Shown: piece by piece, positions 9,236-19,432 of the stretch
How positions within the stretch are numbered: the first letter of the stretch is position 1
Layout: every line of letters begins with the position of its first letter
Origin: an uncultured Gemmatimonadales bacterium
GTDB lineage: Bacteria > Gemmatimonadota > Gemmatimonadetes > Longimicrobiales > RSA9
DNA: 64,000 nucleotides
Assembly (NCBI GenBank): GCA_963798085.1
Contig: CAWCRS010000003.1
Coordinates: 832,001-896,000, forward strand
Direction: 5' to 3'
Notes under the pieces: model-generated
Database searches by the model: none
What the model saw: the letters and a program-made list of their open reading frames with translations, nothing else
Told to the model about the DNA's origin: nothing
Made by a program: the position numbers and the translations under genes

Positions 9236-10282
9236 CTACTTCTTCCGCACCACCGAAACCACAATGCCCACCGCGGTGAGCGGCAGCGCGAACATGAGCA
9301 TGATCGTGCTGAACGCCGCGAGCGCATCGTGCTGTGCAGCCTCGAGCATGAGGTAGGTGATGTAGGCACCGTAGTAGAAGAGGAAGAGCAGGCCCTCGGC
9401 CCGGCTGATGCGGCCGCCGGTCGCGAAGATGGGGAGGCAGGCGGCGGCGACGGCCACCATTACGGGGATGTCGAAGCGGTTGGCGGAATGCGAGACGAGG
9501 ATGCCGTGCGGCGCCATCAGGCTGCTCACGCCCATGATGGCGAAGATGTTGAAGATGTTGCTGCCCACAATGTTCCCTACGGCAATGTCGCGCTCCCCCT
9601 CGAGCGCGGCTACGACCGAGGTCGCGAGTTCGGGCAGTGATGTGCCTGCGGCGACGATGGTGAGTGCGATGATCAGCTCGCTGACGCCCAGGCGGCGCGC
9701 CACGATCAGGGCTCCGGTCAGGAGTCGCCGCGAGCCGTAGATCAGCAGCGCCAGTCCCCCGACGACGAGGGCAAGGTCCACGATCAGGCGAGTCCACGTG
9801 AACCGCCGGTCCACATGCTTGGACTCCTGCGCCCGTACCGTGGGGTCGTTCCGGCCGTGCCGCACGAGCAGCGTGGTGTACGCGATCGCGGCCACCGCGA
9901 ACAGCAGGCCTTCCACCCGGCCAATCCGGCCATCCAGGCTCGCGAGCATCAGTGACAGCGACGCCAGCACCATGACCGGCACGTACAGCCGCACCAGCTG
10001 CGCCGACACCGTGAGCGGCACGATCAGCGCCGAGAGCCCGAGGATGAACAGCACGTTGAAGATGTTGCTGCCCACCACATTGCCTAACGCAATGTCAGGC
10101 TGCTGGTGCAGCGTGGCCAGTGTGCTGACCGCCAGCTCCGGCGCGCTCGTGCCGTAGGCCACAACCGTGAGGCCGATCACCAGCGCAGGCACGCCCGCGA
10201 CCACCGCCAGCCGCGAAGCCCCCCGCACCAGCAGGTCCGCCCCCACGACCAGCAGCACCAGCCCGAGGATTACGTCTGCCAC
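9236..10282 (-). CDS. Calcium/sodium antiporter (YrbG-like, CaCA family)
   Basis: Two alpha repeats: GTSAPE...GNVVGSNIFN and GTSLPE...GNIVGSNIFN. Confidence 0.95.
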   Translation of the reverse strand: MADVILGLVLLVVGADLLVRGASRLAVVAGVPALVIGLTVVAYGTSAPELAVSTLATLHQQPDIALGNVVGSNIFNVLFILGLSALIVPLTVSAQLVRLYVPVMVLASLSLMLASLDGRIGRVEGLLFAVAAIAYTTLLVRHGRNDPTVRAQESKHVDRRFTWTRLIVDLALVVGGLALLIYGSRRLLTGALIVARRLGVSELIIALTIVAAGTSLPELATSVVAALEGERDIAVGNIVGSNIFNIFAIMGVSSLMAPHGILVSHSANRFDIPVMVAVAAACLPIFATGGRISRAEGLLFLFYYGAYITYLMLEAAQHDALAAFSTIMLMFALPLTAVGIVVSVVRKK

Positions 10283-10446
10283 AAGCTACGACCGCGCGCC
10301 CCCGCTCAGGAAAGCCGGATCCGTGCGCGGCACAGCCGCAACCCCGGCAGCATCGTGTCCGTTTCGACGACACTCATTTCGGCGTACCAGCGGCTCGTTC
10401 ATCCCGGGCCCCGCGCGAGGCGGCCCTGCCCGTTTTCCCGCCCGCC

Positions 10447-11947
10447 TCACGTCTCGTGCAGCCTGCTCCGCCAGTACCCGTAGAACGAGTAGATCAGCAG
10501 ACCTGCCAGCAGCCAGATCACGAAGCGCCACCACGTGATGGCCGGCAGCTGCGCCATCAGGAAGGCGCAGGACAGCACCGCCGCGGGCGCGGTCACCCAC
10601 ACCAGCGGTGCGCGGAATGGCCGCACCCGGCCCGGCTCCGCCACGCGCAGGATCATCACGCCGATGGCCACCAGCACGAACGCGAACAGCGTCCCGATGT
10701 TCGTCAGCTCGATGACTTCGTTGATGTTCGCGAACGCGGCGAAGAACGCGACGAAAACACCCGTCAGGATCGTAGTGACGTACGGCGTGCGGTATTTCGG
10801 ATGGATCTTCGCGGCCCATTGCGGCAGCAGTCCGTCCCGTGCCATGGAGAAGAAATGCGCGGCTGCCCCAGCTGGAACACGAGCAGCACGGACGCCATGG
10901 CGATCACGGCACCCAGCGAGATCACACCCGCTGCCCAGCTGTAGCCGCGCGACTGGAACGCGGCCGCCAGCGGATCCGCCGTGCCCTGCTGATTCCATGG
11001 CACGAGCCCGGTCATGACCAGCGTCACCACCATGTAGATGACCGACGTGATGATCAGCGAGAGGATCATCGCGCGTGGCAGATCGCGTTGCGGCTTGCGA
11101 GCTTCCTCCGCCGCGGTCGACACCGCATCGAAACCGATGTACGCGAAGAAGATCAGCGCCGCGCCGGTCGCAATCCCGTGCCAGCCGTTGGGCGCGAACG
11201 GGTGCCAGTACTCGGGCTTCGACCCAGAACGCGCCGATGGCAATGAAGAAGCCGAGGATGAAGAGCTTCAGGATCACCATCGCGGTATTCGCCCACGCGC
11301 TCTCGCGAATCCCGATCACCAGCACCCACGTGATGGCCGCAACAATCAGGACTGCGGGCAGGTTGAAGATGATCGGCACGCCGAAGATGTGGGGCGCGGC
11401 CGTCCACGCGTTCGCAATTCCCCCGAGGCTCGCCGTCGTCGCCGGGTCCGCCTGCACGGCCTTGTACGCGTCGTACACGGTGCGATAATCGTTGGCCAGC
11501 CATTCAGGCAACCCCAGCCCGAATCCCCGCATCAGCGTCTGGAAATACGCAGCCCATGACACCGCCACCGCAATGTTGCCCACCGCGTATTCAATGATCA
11601 GGTCCCAGCCCAATGATCCAGGCGACCAGCTCGCCGAAGGAAGCATACGCATACGTATAGGCACTGCCCGCCTGCGGAATGATGGACGCGAATTCCGCGT
11701 AGCACAGCGCGGCGAAACCGCACGCCACCGCGACGAGGATGTAGGAGATCAGCAGAGCCGGGCCCGCGCCCGGATGATTCGGTCCGCCGGCCACCGCGGT
11801 GCCCGCACCGGAGAAAATGCCCGCGCCAATGATCGCGCCAATGCCCAGCGCCGTCAGTTGCCAGACGCCCAGCGCGCGGCGCAGGCCGCCACCCGCGGCC
11901 TCCGACTCCATGGACGTGATCGTCTTGCGCCGGAAGAGTTGGCTCAT
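10447..11947 (-). CDS. Amino acid permease (APC / cationic amino acid transporter family), split by about 3 indels
   Basis: GIGAIIGAGIF, CYAEFAS, GSAYTY, FFAYIGFDAVST and MARDGLLP spread over several frames. Confidence 0.9.
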
Positions 11948-12132
11948 GCGTCGCCCCTCGATCATGTGGTGGACGCGCTCCGCGCGGTCGCGCGCAAACG
12001 GCCGCTAATATGCCGCTGCCTTCCGCCACGGTAAAGCGCGAGTTGACACCGGGCCGGACCCGCGGGAAGTTGCCGGACCGCGCAATCACGCGCCATCGCC
12101 ATGGACGCTCCGTGCCACCGCCGCCCGATCGA

Positions 12133-12897
12133 ATGCCCGATTCCACCGACATCAGCGGGGCCTCGACCGCTTTCCCCGATACGCGCTTCTCGGTCGTGCG
12201 GGCCACGGGCAGCGACGACTCGCAGATCCGCGACACGGCATGGAGCACGCTGATCCGGTCCTACTGGCGGCCCGTCTACAAGTACATCCGCATCCAGTGG
12301 CGCGCCGACGAAGAGGCCGCACGCGACCTCACACAGGAATTCTTCACGCGCGCGCTCAATGCCGGCTTCTTCCAGCGCTTCGACCCGCAGCGTGCCCGCT
12401 TCCGCACCTGGCTGCGCGTGTGCCTGCACGGCTTTGTCGCCAACGAATTCAAGGCGGCCGCGCGCAAGAAGCGCGGCGGCGAGTACCGCATGCTGTCGCT
12501 CGATTTCGAAGATGCCGAGCAGGAGCTCCGGCACACGAGCCCGCGCGCGGACGAGGATCCCAATGAGTTCTTTCGCCGTGAATCCATCCGCAGCCTGTTC
12601 ACGGAGGCCGTGAGCGAATTGCGTACGCGCCTGCCCGCCGCCGGCAAGGCGACGCACCTCGTCCTGTTCGAGCGCTACGATCTGGCCAGCGACGAGTCCG
12701 CACGCCCCACGTACCAGATGCTGGCTGACGAACACGGCCTGCCCGTCACCCAGGTCACCAACTTTCTTGCGGCGGCGCGGCGGGAGTTCCGCCGCATCGT
12801 GCTCGACCGCCTGCGCCAGATCAGCGGCAGCGAGAGCGAGTTCCGCATCGAAGCCATCGAACTGCTGGGAATCGATCCCGCCAATGTGGCTCTCTGA
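12133..12897 (+). CDS. ECF-type RNA polymerase sigma factor
   Basis: FPDTRFSVV...YWRPVYKYIR...ARDLTQEFF...ARFRTWL (sigma region 2); overlaps the downstream kinase gene. Confidence 0.85.
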   Translation: MPDSTDISGASTAFPDTRFSVVRATGSDDSQIRDTAWSTLIRSYWRPVYKYIRIQWRADEEAARDLTQEFFTRALNAGFFQRFDPQRARFRTWLRVCLHGFVANEFKAAARKKRGGEYRMLSLDFEDAEQELRHTSPRADEDPNEFFRRESIRSLFTEAVSELRTRLPAAGKATHLVLFERYDLASDESARPTYQMLADEHGLPVTQVTNFLAAARREFRRIVLDRLRQISGSESEFRIEAIELLGIDPANVAL

Positions 12898-13897
12898 TCA
12901 GACCGTCGCGCACCTGCGTGCCGTCGCTGATGAGCCCGACCTCAGCGCCACGAAGTACCGCATCCTCGAGTGCATTGGCCGTGGCGGCATGGCCATTGTC
13001 TATCGCGCGCGTGACGTCGAGCTGGAACGCAATGTCGCCATCAAGGTGCTGCGCGCACCGGAACTCGACCCGGCGCTCGCTGCGCGCGTGCGCACGGAAG
13101 CCCGCATCCTGGCCGGCCTCGAGCATCCCGGCATCGTCCCCGTTCATGATGTCGGCACGCTGCCTGATGGGCGCGTCTGGTACGCCATGAAGCTGGTGCG
13201 CGGCGAGGAACTGGGCCGGCTGGCCGCCGGGCTCGACCTGAATGAACGCCTTCGCATCTTCCACCGCACTGCCGAGGCCGTCGCTTTCGCCCACGCACAC
13301 GGCGTGCTGCATCGCGACCTCAAGCCGGGCAATGTCATGGTGGGCGCATTCGGCGAAGTCCTGGTCATGGACTGGGGCATTGCCCGGCGCACGGCGGGTC
13401 CGGAGCCGCAACGGATTGCAGGCGACAATGCCCGTCGGGATCCGTCCGTCACGCATGACACCACTGTTAGCACGGTTGCCGACGAGACGGCGCACGGCAC
13501 GCGACTGGGCACGCCCGGGTCGATGGCGCCGGAACAGGAACAGGGAGACGTCGCCCGCATCAATGGACGCACCGACGTCTACGGCCTCGGCGCACTCCTC
13601 GGCTTTCTCGCGGGTGAGCGCGCCGACTCGCCCCCGCCGCTGCCCGTGCGCGCGCCCTCACGGCTGCGCGCGATTGCGGCGCACGCCACCGCGGCTTCGC
13701 CCGCGGATCGCTACGCCTCGGTCGAGCAAATGGCGGAAGACGTGCGCCGCTTCCAGGCGGGACTTCCCGTCCTCGCCTATCGCGAACGCCCCCATGAACG
13801 CGCCGCCCGCGTGTTCGCGAAATACCGCACGCCGATCCTGCTCGTGCTCACCTACCTGCTGATGCGCATCCTGCTGATCGCGTTCGCGCGCCCGTAA
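12884..13897 (+). CDS. Hanks-type Ser/Thr protein kinase with a C-terminal hydrophobic helix
   Basis: IGRGGMAIVY, VAIK, HRDLKPGN, DWG, GTPGSMAPEQ and TDVYGLG. Confidence 0.93.
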   Translation: MWLSDQTVAHLRAVADEPDLSATKYRILECIGRGGMAIVYRARDVELERNVAIKVLRAPELDPALAARVRTEARILAGLEHPGIVPVHDVGTLPDGRVWYAMKLVRGEELGRLAAGLDLNERLRIFHRTAEAVAFAHAHGVLHRDLKPGNVMVGAFGEVLVMDWGIARRTAGPEPQRIAGDNARRDPSVTHDTTVSTVADETAHGTRLGTPGSMAPEQEQGDVARINGRTDVYGLGALLGFLAGERADSPPPLPVRAPSRLRAIAAHATAASPADRYASVEQMAEDVRRFQAGLPVLAYRERPHERAARVFAKYRTPILLVLTYLLMRILLIAFARP

Positions 13898-13994
13898 TGA
13901 CCGGCCGGGCGTATGTTGAATGGAGCAGTGCAGGCCGACGCGCGCCCTGTGGCGCGGCGTCGCCCCGCTAACTCAATGTGAGGAGATCCTTGCC

Positions 13995-14363
13995 ATGAAC
14001 AAGCCTGTACTCGGTCTTCTGGCGGGCGGACTGCTGGGTATCCTGGACGGCCTCTCCGCGCTCGTGTCCGCACCCGAAGTGCGCGCCGGCATCGTCGGCA
14101 TTGTCGTCGGCTCGATGTGCAAGGGGCTGATCGCGGGAATCCTCATCGGCTTCTTCGCGCGCAAGGTCAATTCGCTGCCGCTCGGCATCGTTTTCGGCCT
14201 GCTCGTCGGCCTCGCCCTCGCGCTGCCCATCGCCATCATGCAGTCGAACACCAGCGGCCATAACTACTACTGGCACATCATGCTGCCCGGCGGGATGGTC
14301 GGTCTCATCGTGGGCTATGCGACACAACGATACGGCCGCATGCCCCTGGCCCGCAGCGCCTGA
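13995..14363 (+). CDS. Small multi-pass membrane protein of unknown function
   Basis: GAGGAG RBS, MNKPVLGLL start, about four hydrophobic segments. Confidence 0.8.
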   Translation: MNKPVLGLLAGGLLGILDGLSALVSAPEVRAGIVGIVVGSMCKGLIAGILIGFFARKVNSLPLGIVFGLLVGLALALPIAIMQSNTSGHNYYWHIMLPGGMVGLIVGYATQRYGRMPLARSA

Positions 14364-14554
14364 GCGAAGCTGCCGCACCAACCCCGTCGCATCGGCTGCC
14401 AGTCAGGGACGCTGCAGGTTCGGCGCTGTAGCTCGCAGCCGCACGCTTCCGCAGCATCTGGTTCATGTGGAAGGCGGCATGGTTGCCGCCGTCCAAACCG
14501 CAGTCGAGATTGATGCGCGCACCTGCACGCAGCCGGGGAGGATCGTTCGGGACA

Positions 14555-15193
14555 ATGGCTACGGCCGCACGGATCAGTCGCCGGGGCTGGACAGGCGGGG
14601 TGCTCGTTTCGGCGATCGCCGTTTCCTGGATTCTCGTACTGGCCGGGCCCGATGGGATGGGGGTCGGGCCTGTGCTCTTCGTTGCGGCGTGGACCATCAT
14701 GATGGCCGCGATGATGCTGCCCTCCGCCGCGCCGCTCGTGCTGCTCTACCGGCGAGGCGCGTCTGCCCGCGACACCGGTATCCTCGTGCTTGGCTATCTC
14801 GCAGTCTGGGCCGCCGCGGGTCTGCCCGCGTACTTCGCTCAGCAGCGGATGCCCATGTCACTGTCGCCACTGGTGCTCGTCGTGGCCGGGATCTATCAGC
14901 TCACGCCCGCCAAGCAGGCCTGCCTGCGCAGGTGTCGCACACCGGCCGACTTCATCATGCAGCACTGGGGCCGCGGTCCGTTGCGTCTCGGCCTCGAGCA
15001 CGGCATCTGGTGTCTCGGATGCTGCTGGGCGCTCATGGCCGTGCTCGTGCTGGTCGGCATGATGGGAGTTGCCTGGGTCGCCGGCCTGGCCGCGCTCGTG
15101 GCAGTGGAAAAACTCGCACCGCACGGCGTCCTGCTCGCTCGTCTCGCCGGCGCGGCCATGCTGGTAGCAGCCATCATCCAGGGGGTCAGGTGA
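14555..15193 (+). CDS. DUF2182 predicted metal-binding membrane protein
   Basis: MMAAMMLPS, YQLTPAKQACL..C and CLGCCWALM. Start uncertain (14465 or 14555). Confidence 0.88.
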   Translation: MATAARISRRGWTGGVLVSAIAVSWILVLAGPDGMGVGPVLFVAAWTIMMAAMMLPSAAPLVLLYRRGASARDTGILVLGYLAVWAAAGLPAYFAQQRMPMSLSPLVLVVAGIYQLTPAKQACLRRCRTPADFIMQHWGRGPLRLGLEHGIWCLGCCWALMAVLVLVGMMGVAWVAGLAALVAVEKLAPHGVLLARLAGAAMLVAAIIQGVR

Positions 15194-15789
15194 GCGACTG
15201 GAATCTCGCGGGCAGAATCGTCATTGCCTGCAATTGCGACTGGGGCTGTCCCTGCAACTTCAACGCGCGGCCCAGCCGCGGCAAATGCGAGGGCGGCTGG
15301 ATCTGGGCCATCGAGAAGGGACACTTCGACACGGCCCGCCTCGATGGCCTCGGCATTGCCCTCTTCGCCGACTGGCCCGGCGCCATTCACGAAGGTGGCG
15401 GCCGCGCCATCGGCTACTTCAATGCGCGCGCCGACGTGGCGCAGCGCGCGGCCCTGACACAGCTGTTGAAGGGCGAGGCGGGCGGTCCCTGGGGCATTTT
15501 CAGGAACACCTACCAGCTGGCGACGCCAGAACCTGCGGACTTCCAGCTCGAGCTGGCCGAATACGACTCTCGCCTGCGTATCGGCGAGGCCGTCGACCTG
15601 CAGCTCCAGACCATGCGCAACCCGGTGACAAAGGCGGAGGTGCATCCCGAAATGGTCCTGCCGGAGGGGCTCGTCGTCAAGCGCGGCAAGCTCGCCGCGT
15701 CACGCGTCTTCCAGGTGCGCGGCGGTGTCCGGTACGACCACTCCGGACAGTACGCCGCGTTCGGACCGTTCGCGTACGCTTCGGCCTGA
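15190..15789 (+). CDS. DUF1326 protein
   Basis: GTG start overlapping the previous stop; ACNCDWGCPC, WPGAIHEGGG and GGPW. Confidence 0.9.
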   Translation: MSDWNLAGRIVIACNCDWGCPCNFNARPSRGKCEGGWIWAIEKGHFDTARLDGLGIALFADWPGAIHEGGGRAIGYFNARADVAQRAALTQLLKGEAGGPWGIFRNTYQLATPEPADFQLELAEYDSRLRIGEAVDLQLQTMRNPVTKAEVHPEMVLPEGLVVKRGKLAASRVFQVRGGVRYDHSGQYAAFGPFAYASA

Positions 15790-15821
15790 CAGCCAGGGGC
15801 GGGTTGGCGCCTGGCAGCGCG

Positions 15822-17147
15822 TCAGCGCTGCCGCCTGTACAACCCGCCCGCCACACCCAGATGCAGCGGCATGGCTAACGCGATGATAGGGCCGTTCACC
15901 TGGTTCATCCAGGGCAGCGCCTGCAGCGCCCAGCCCAGCACGGAGAGTACGGCGACGGCCAGCGCCGTCAGGTAGGCGCCGCGCAGACGCCGGCCGCGCG
16001 CGGCCAGGATCAGCATCACGAACAGGACCAGGGACAGCACGCTCACCTGGAACACATTCTCGTTCTGGTACGCCGCGACGTGGTCGGTGAAAACCCAGAG
16101 GAACACCAGGATCGCGCCGAACAACCCCGCCACCAGCGACCAGACCATGGTCAGCGCGTAGAACAGCACGTTAGCCAGGCGCCGGCGCGAAAGCGTGCCC
16201 GCCAGCAGCAGCAGTCCCCCCAGCGCCGCGCCCGCCAGGCCGTACCACACCGTCCACTGCGGCGGCTGTTCGCGCTCGGGCGGACGCTGTGCGCGGAACA
16301 CCTCCACCTTCATACGCACCAGCGGCTGCAGCTGCCCATCCGCCCCCGGCACCCGCACCGAATCCAGGCTCTCCATCAGCTGCACGGGCAGAAATCCCGT
16401 CTGCCACGCATCGATCGGCTGGTCCACGAACGGGCCCAGCCCCAGCATGAGTCCGGTGTACGCCGGCAGCACATCGGCGGACAGTCGCGACGTGTGGAAC
16501 CGGTACGTCGTGCCCGTCGCCCGCCCCGCCAGCGCGCGCCGGATGGCGCCGCCCAGCACCCGGTCCAGCGCATCCCGCACGCGCGTCGAGCAGTTGTCGC
16601 GGTAGTAGTCGTACGGATAGAACTTGTTCGCCTCGCGCGCGTTCCACACCAGAAAATCCGCCAGCTGCAGCTTCTGCTGCAGCGTGAGATTCAGTTCCTG
16701 CAGCCACACCGAGCGGTTGGCTTCCTTGTAGTAGTTGATCAGGCGCACGCCATCGAAGCCCTCCATCCAGTACAGCATGTGTCCCCGGATGAAACGTTTC
16801 AGGAAATCCTGCTGCTTGAAATCGAACATCCCGTAGTTGTATGCGATGTCGATCGGGCGCCCCGCCGCAATCTCCAGTCCTCCTGCTCCCTGCAGCGCGG
16901 CCAGCGTATCGCCCGCGGGCAGGGTGCCGCGCACCCAGATGGCGCTGTGTCCGAACTTCTCCCAGATCTCGTCGCCCTGACCGATCGTCATGAGAAACAC
17001 GCGCAGCCCGGTATCCGCCTGCGTCGCGGACGGTGACTGCGCCGGCGTTGCCTGCACGCGTGCAGACGACGCGGACCCGGGCAGCGTCCTCGCCTGCAAC
17101 AAGCCCAGACACAGGGTCGCGATCCTGGCTGCGTGCACGCGGCGCAT
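15822..17147 (-). CDS. DUF4105 / Lnb N-terminal domain membrane protein
   Basis: FGHSAI, YNYGMFDF, YDYYRDNCSTRVRD and FLP motifs; C-terminal TM helices. Confidence 0.88.
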   Translation of the reverse strand: MRRVHAARIATLCLGLLQARTLPGSASSARVQATPAQSPSATQADTGLRVFLMTIGQGDEIWEKFGHSAIWVRGTLPAGDTLAALQGAGGLEIAAGRPIDIAYNYGMFDFKQQDFLKRFIRGHMLYWMEGFDGVRLINYYKEANRSVWLQELNLTLQQKLQLADFLVWNAREANKFYPYDYYRDNCSTRVRDALDRVLGGAIRRALAGRATGTTYRFHTSRLSADVLPAYTGLMLGLGPFVDQPIDAWQTGFLPVQLMESLDSVRVPGADGQLQPLVRMKVEVFRAQRPPEREQPPQWTVWYGLAGAALGGLLLLAGTLSRRRLANVLFYALTMVWSLVAGLFGAILVFLWVFTDHVAAYQNENVFQVSVLSLVLFVMLILAARGRRLRGAYLTALAVAVLSVLGWALQALPWMNQVNGPIIALAMPLHLGVAGGLYRRQR

Positions 17148-17154
17148 CAGGCGC

Positions 17155-18558
17155 TCACCGGCCCGCCATCTCGCGCGGCAGCGCGTCCGCCATGTCCGCC
17201 ACCACATAGGCCAGGATCGCCATGGCCGCGGTGCACTGCGCCATCTCGCGCGGGTCCAGCTTGTCGATCGTGTCCGCATTCGTGTGGTGGTACCAGAAAT
17301 ACCGCACATCATCCACCTGCAGACCCGCGCCCGGCACGCCCAGCGCCATCATGGGACCGATGTCGGCGCCGCCACCGCCGCGCGTGATCGCGCCCGCACC
17401 CACGCGCTCCAGCACCTTGCCCACCTGCTCCATTACCGCGAACGCCGCGTCACTTCCCGTGAAGCCGAAGCCCGTGGGCCGGAACACGCCGTCATCGGAT
17501 TCCACCGCAAGCACGTGTTTACCGAGCTCGGTCTGGTGCGCGTCACGGTACCCTTCACCGCCGCGTGTGCCGTTCTCCTCGTTGGTCCAGAGCACCGCGC
17601 GAATGGTGCGCCGCGGGTGCAGGCCCAGCACCTGGATCAGTCGCACGGCTTCCCACGCCGCCACCGCGCCACCGCCATCGTCCATCGCGCCCTGGCCCAC
17701 ATCCCAGGAATCGATGTGCCCGCTCAGAATCACCACCTCATCCGGCTTCTCCCGGCCCGTCACTTCCGCCATGACATTGCGCGAGTGCGCATCGGGCAGT
17801 GTGCGTGCGCTCATCTTCAGCTTCACCACCACGCGCTCGCCGCGGTCCTGCATACGGTGCAGCATCATGGCGTCTTCGACCGTGATCGCGGCCGTCGGGA
17901 TGCGCGCCACGCCCTCTTCGTAGTGCATCACGCCCGTGTGCGGGGTGCGCTGCGAGCTGGGCGTCACCGAACGCACCAGCGCGGCCACCGCCCCCAGCTT
18001 TGCCGCCGCTGACGCGCCGTTAGTGCGGTACTGCACGGTCTCGCCGTAACTCGTGAAGGGCGCGTCGTACAGCACGATGCGCCCCTTCGCCCGGGCCGCA
18101 TTCGCCGTGAGATCATCGAAGCTGCTCACCACCAGCACGTCCGCCGTGATGCCCTCCGCCGGCGTCGCGATGCTGCCGCCCAGACCCAGCATGGGCAGCG
18201 CCATGGGCCGCGGCGCCACCAGCTCGGCCGACTCATCGCCCCGCACCCAGTGCGGCACCATGACTGGCTCGGCGTGCACGTTCTGCAGCCCGTCGCCCTT
18301 CATCTGCTCGAGAACCCAGTCCAGCGTGCGCTCCAGGCTCTCCGAGCCGCTCAACCGGTTCCCGAACCGGTCCACCAGCAGCGTGAGCCGCTTGTACGCC
18401 GCACTGTCCGCCAGCGCGGCCTTGATCAGCTGGTCCGCTGCACCGCCGTACGTCGCCGTGAGGGCGCCGCCCTGCGCGACGCCAGCCAGCGGGAGCGCGG
18501 CCGTGAGCAGCACGGCCGTCAGGGTCGCGCGCAGCCGCGCGCCAGTCTCGAATGGCAT
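17155..18558 (-). CDS. M28 family metallopeptidase (carboxypeptidase Q-like)
   Basis: GHIDSWDVGQGAMDDGGG, TNEENG, ESD and YHHT; signal peptide. Confidence 0.93.
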   Translation of the reverse strand: MPFETGARLRATLTAVLLTAALPLAGVAQGGALTATYGGAADQLIKAALADSAAYKRLTLLVDRFGNRLSGSESLERTLDWVLEQMKGDGLQNVHAEPVMVPHWVRGDESAELVAPRPMALPMLGLGGSIATPAEGITADVLVVSSFDDLTANAARAKGRIVLYDAPFTSYGETVQYRTNGASAAAKLGAVAALVRSVTPSSQRTPHTGVMHYEEGVARIPTAAITVEDAMMLHRMQDRGERVVVKLKMSARTLPDAHSRNVMAEVTGREKPDEVVILSGHIDSWDVGQGAMDDGGGAVAAWEAVRLIQVLGLHPRRTIRAVLWTNEENGTRGGEGYRDAHQTELGKHVLAVESDDGVFRPTGFGFTGSDAAFAVMEQVGKVLERVGAGAITRGGGGADIGPMMALGVPGAGLQVDDVRYFWYHHTNADTIDKLDPREMAQCTAAMAILAYVVADMADALPREMAGR

Positions 18559-18619
18559 GATTCCGGTTTCGTAAGGTTGAGTTAGAAGGCAGGCCGCGGC
18601 CAGACCCGCGACGCCCGCG

Positions 18620-19072
18620 CTACTTCGGGTGACTCAGCGAATACACGTAGCGCGCCACCGTCTGGATTTCCGCGTCCGTCAGCTGCGCCCCGCCCATGGC
18701 CGGCATGGGCGTGCTGTGCTCCTTCTGCTTCGGCCTGGCCACGCCCGTCCTGATCGTCTTCTCGATCGCCGCCAGCGAGCCATCGATGTTCAGCCACGTC
18801 GTGTCCGTCAGATCCGGCGCCAGCGGTGTCCCCTTCGCGTCCGGTCCGTGACACACATAGCAGTTACCCTTGCCCGTGAATATCGCCTTCCCCGGCGTGT
18901 CCTGCGCCGCACCGGAGGCGCAACCCGCGCTGAAGGCCGCCGCATTGGTCGCTGACGGATTGCAGGCGACGACAGCTCTTCCATCCGCCGGCCTGGCCGC
19001 CGGCGCTTTCGCTGCGACAGCCGGCAGACCCGCGGCCAGCACTGCGCCACACCATGTGATTCGCTTGAGCAT
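18620..19072 (-). CDS. Periplasmic monoheme c-type cytochrome
   Basis: Signal peptide, CYVCH, APDLTD.TWL and distal Met in PMPAMGG. Confidence 0.9.
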   Translation of the reverse strand: MLKRITWCGAVLAAGLPAVAAKAPAARPADGRAVVACNPSATNAAAFSAGCASGAAQDTPGKAIFTGKGNCYVCHGPDAKGTPLAPDLTDTTWLNIDGSLAAIEKTIRTGVARPKQKEHSTPMPAMGGAQLTDAEIQTVARYVYSLSHPK

Positions 19073-19432
19073 GCTGTTATCCACCATCCCTGAAGTTGTG
19101 TTGCGACCCGGTGCCCCCGCCAGAAGAGCGTCCATGAAACCACCCCCGTGCCCGGCCGGTTCCGCGGTCGGCCGCCGCGGAGGCGACGATTCTCAGTGCT
19201 GTCCTCATCCAGCGCGGCCTGCGGCTTCGCTCGCGGCGCTGCAACGTCCGCCGCACGTGACGAGGATCCGGCTGCGCATCTCGCATCAACGTTCAGCCTG
19301 CCTTGCCCGGGACCGTGCGACCGGCCACATTGGCCATAACAGTCTGCGTGATGCGGCGCGCCCGACCACCGCTGCCAGAACAGGGCCACCTCGCACACGT
19401 TTGCCCACCGCAGGCCGCCGGCGACGCACTCC

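Noticed and set aside
14555..15789. DUF2182-DUF1326 pair as a new system
   Set aside because: A widely seen gene pair; nothing distinctive here.
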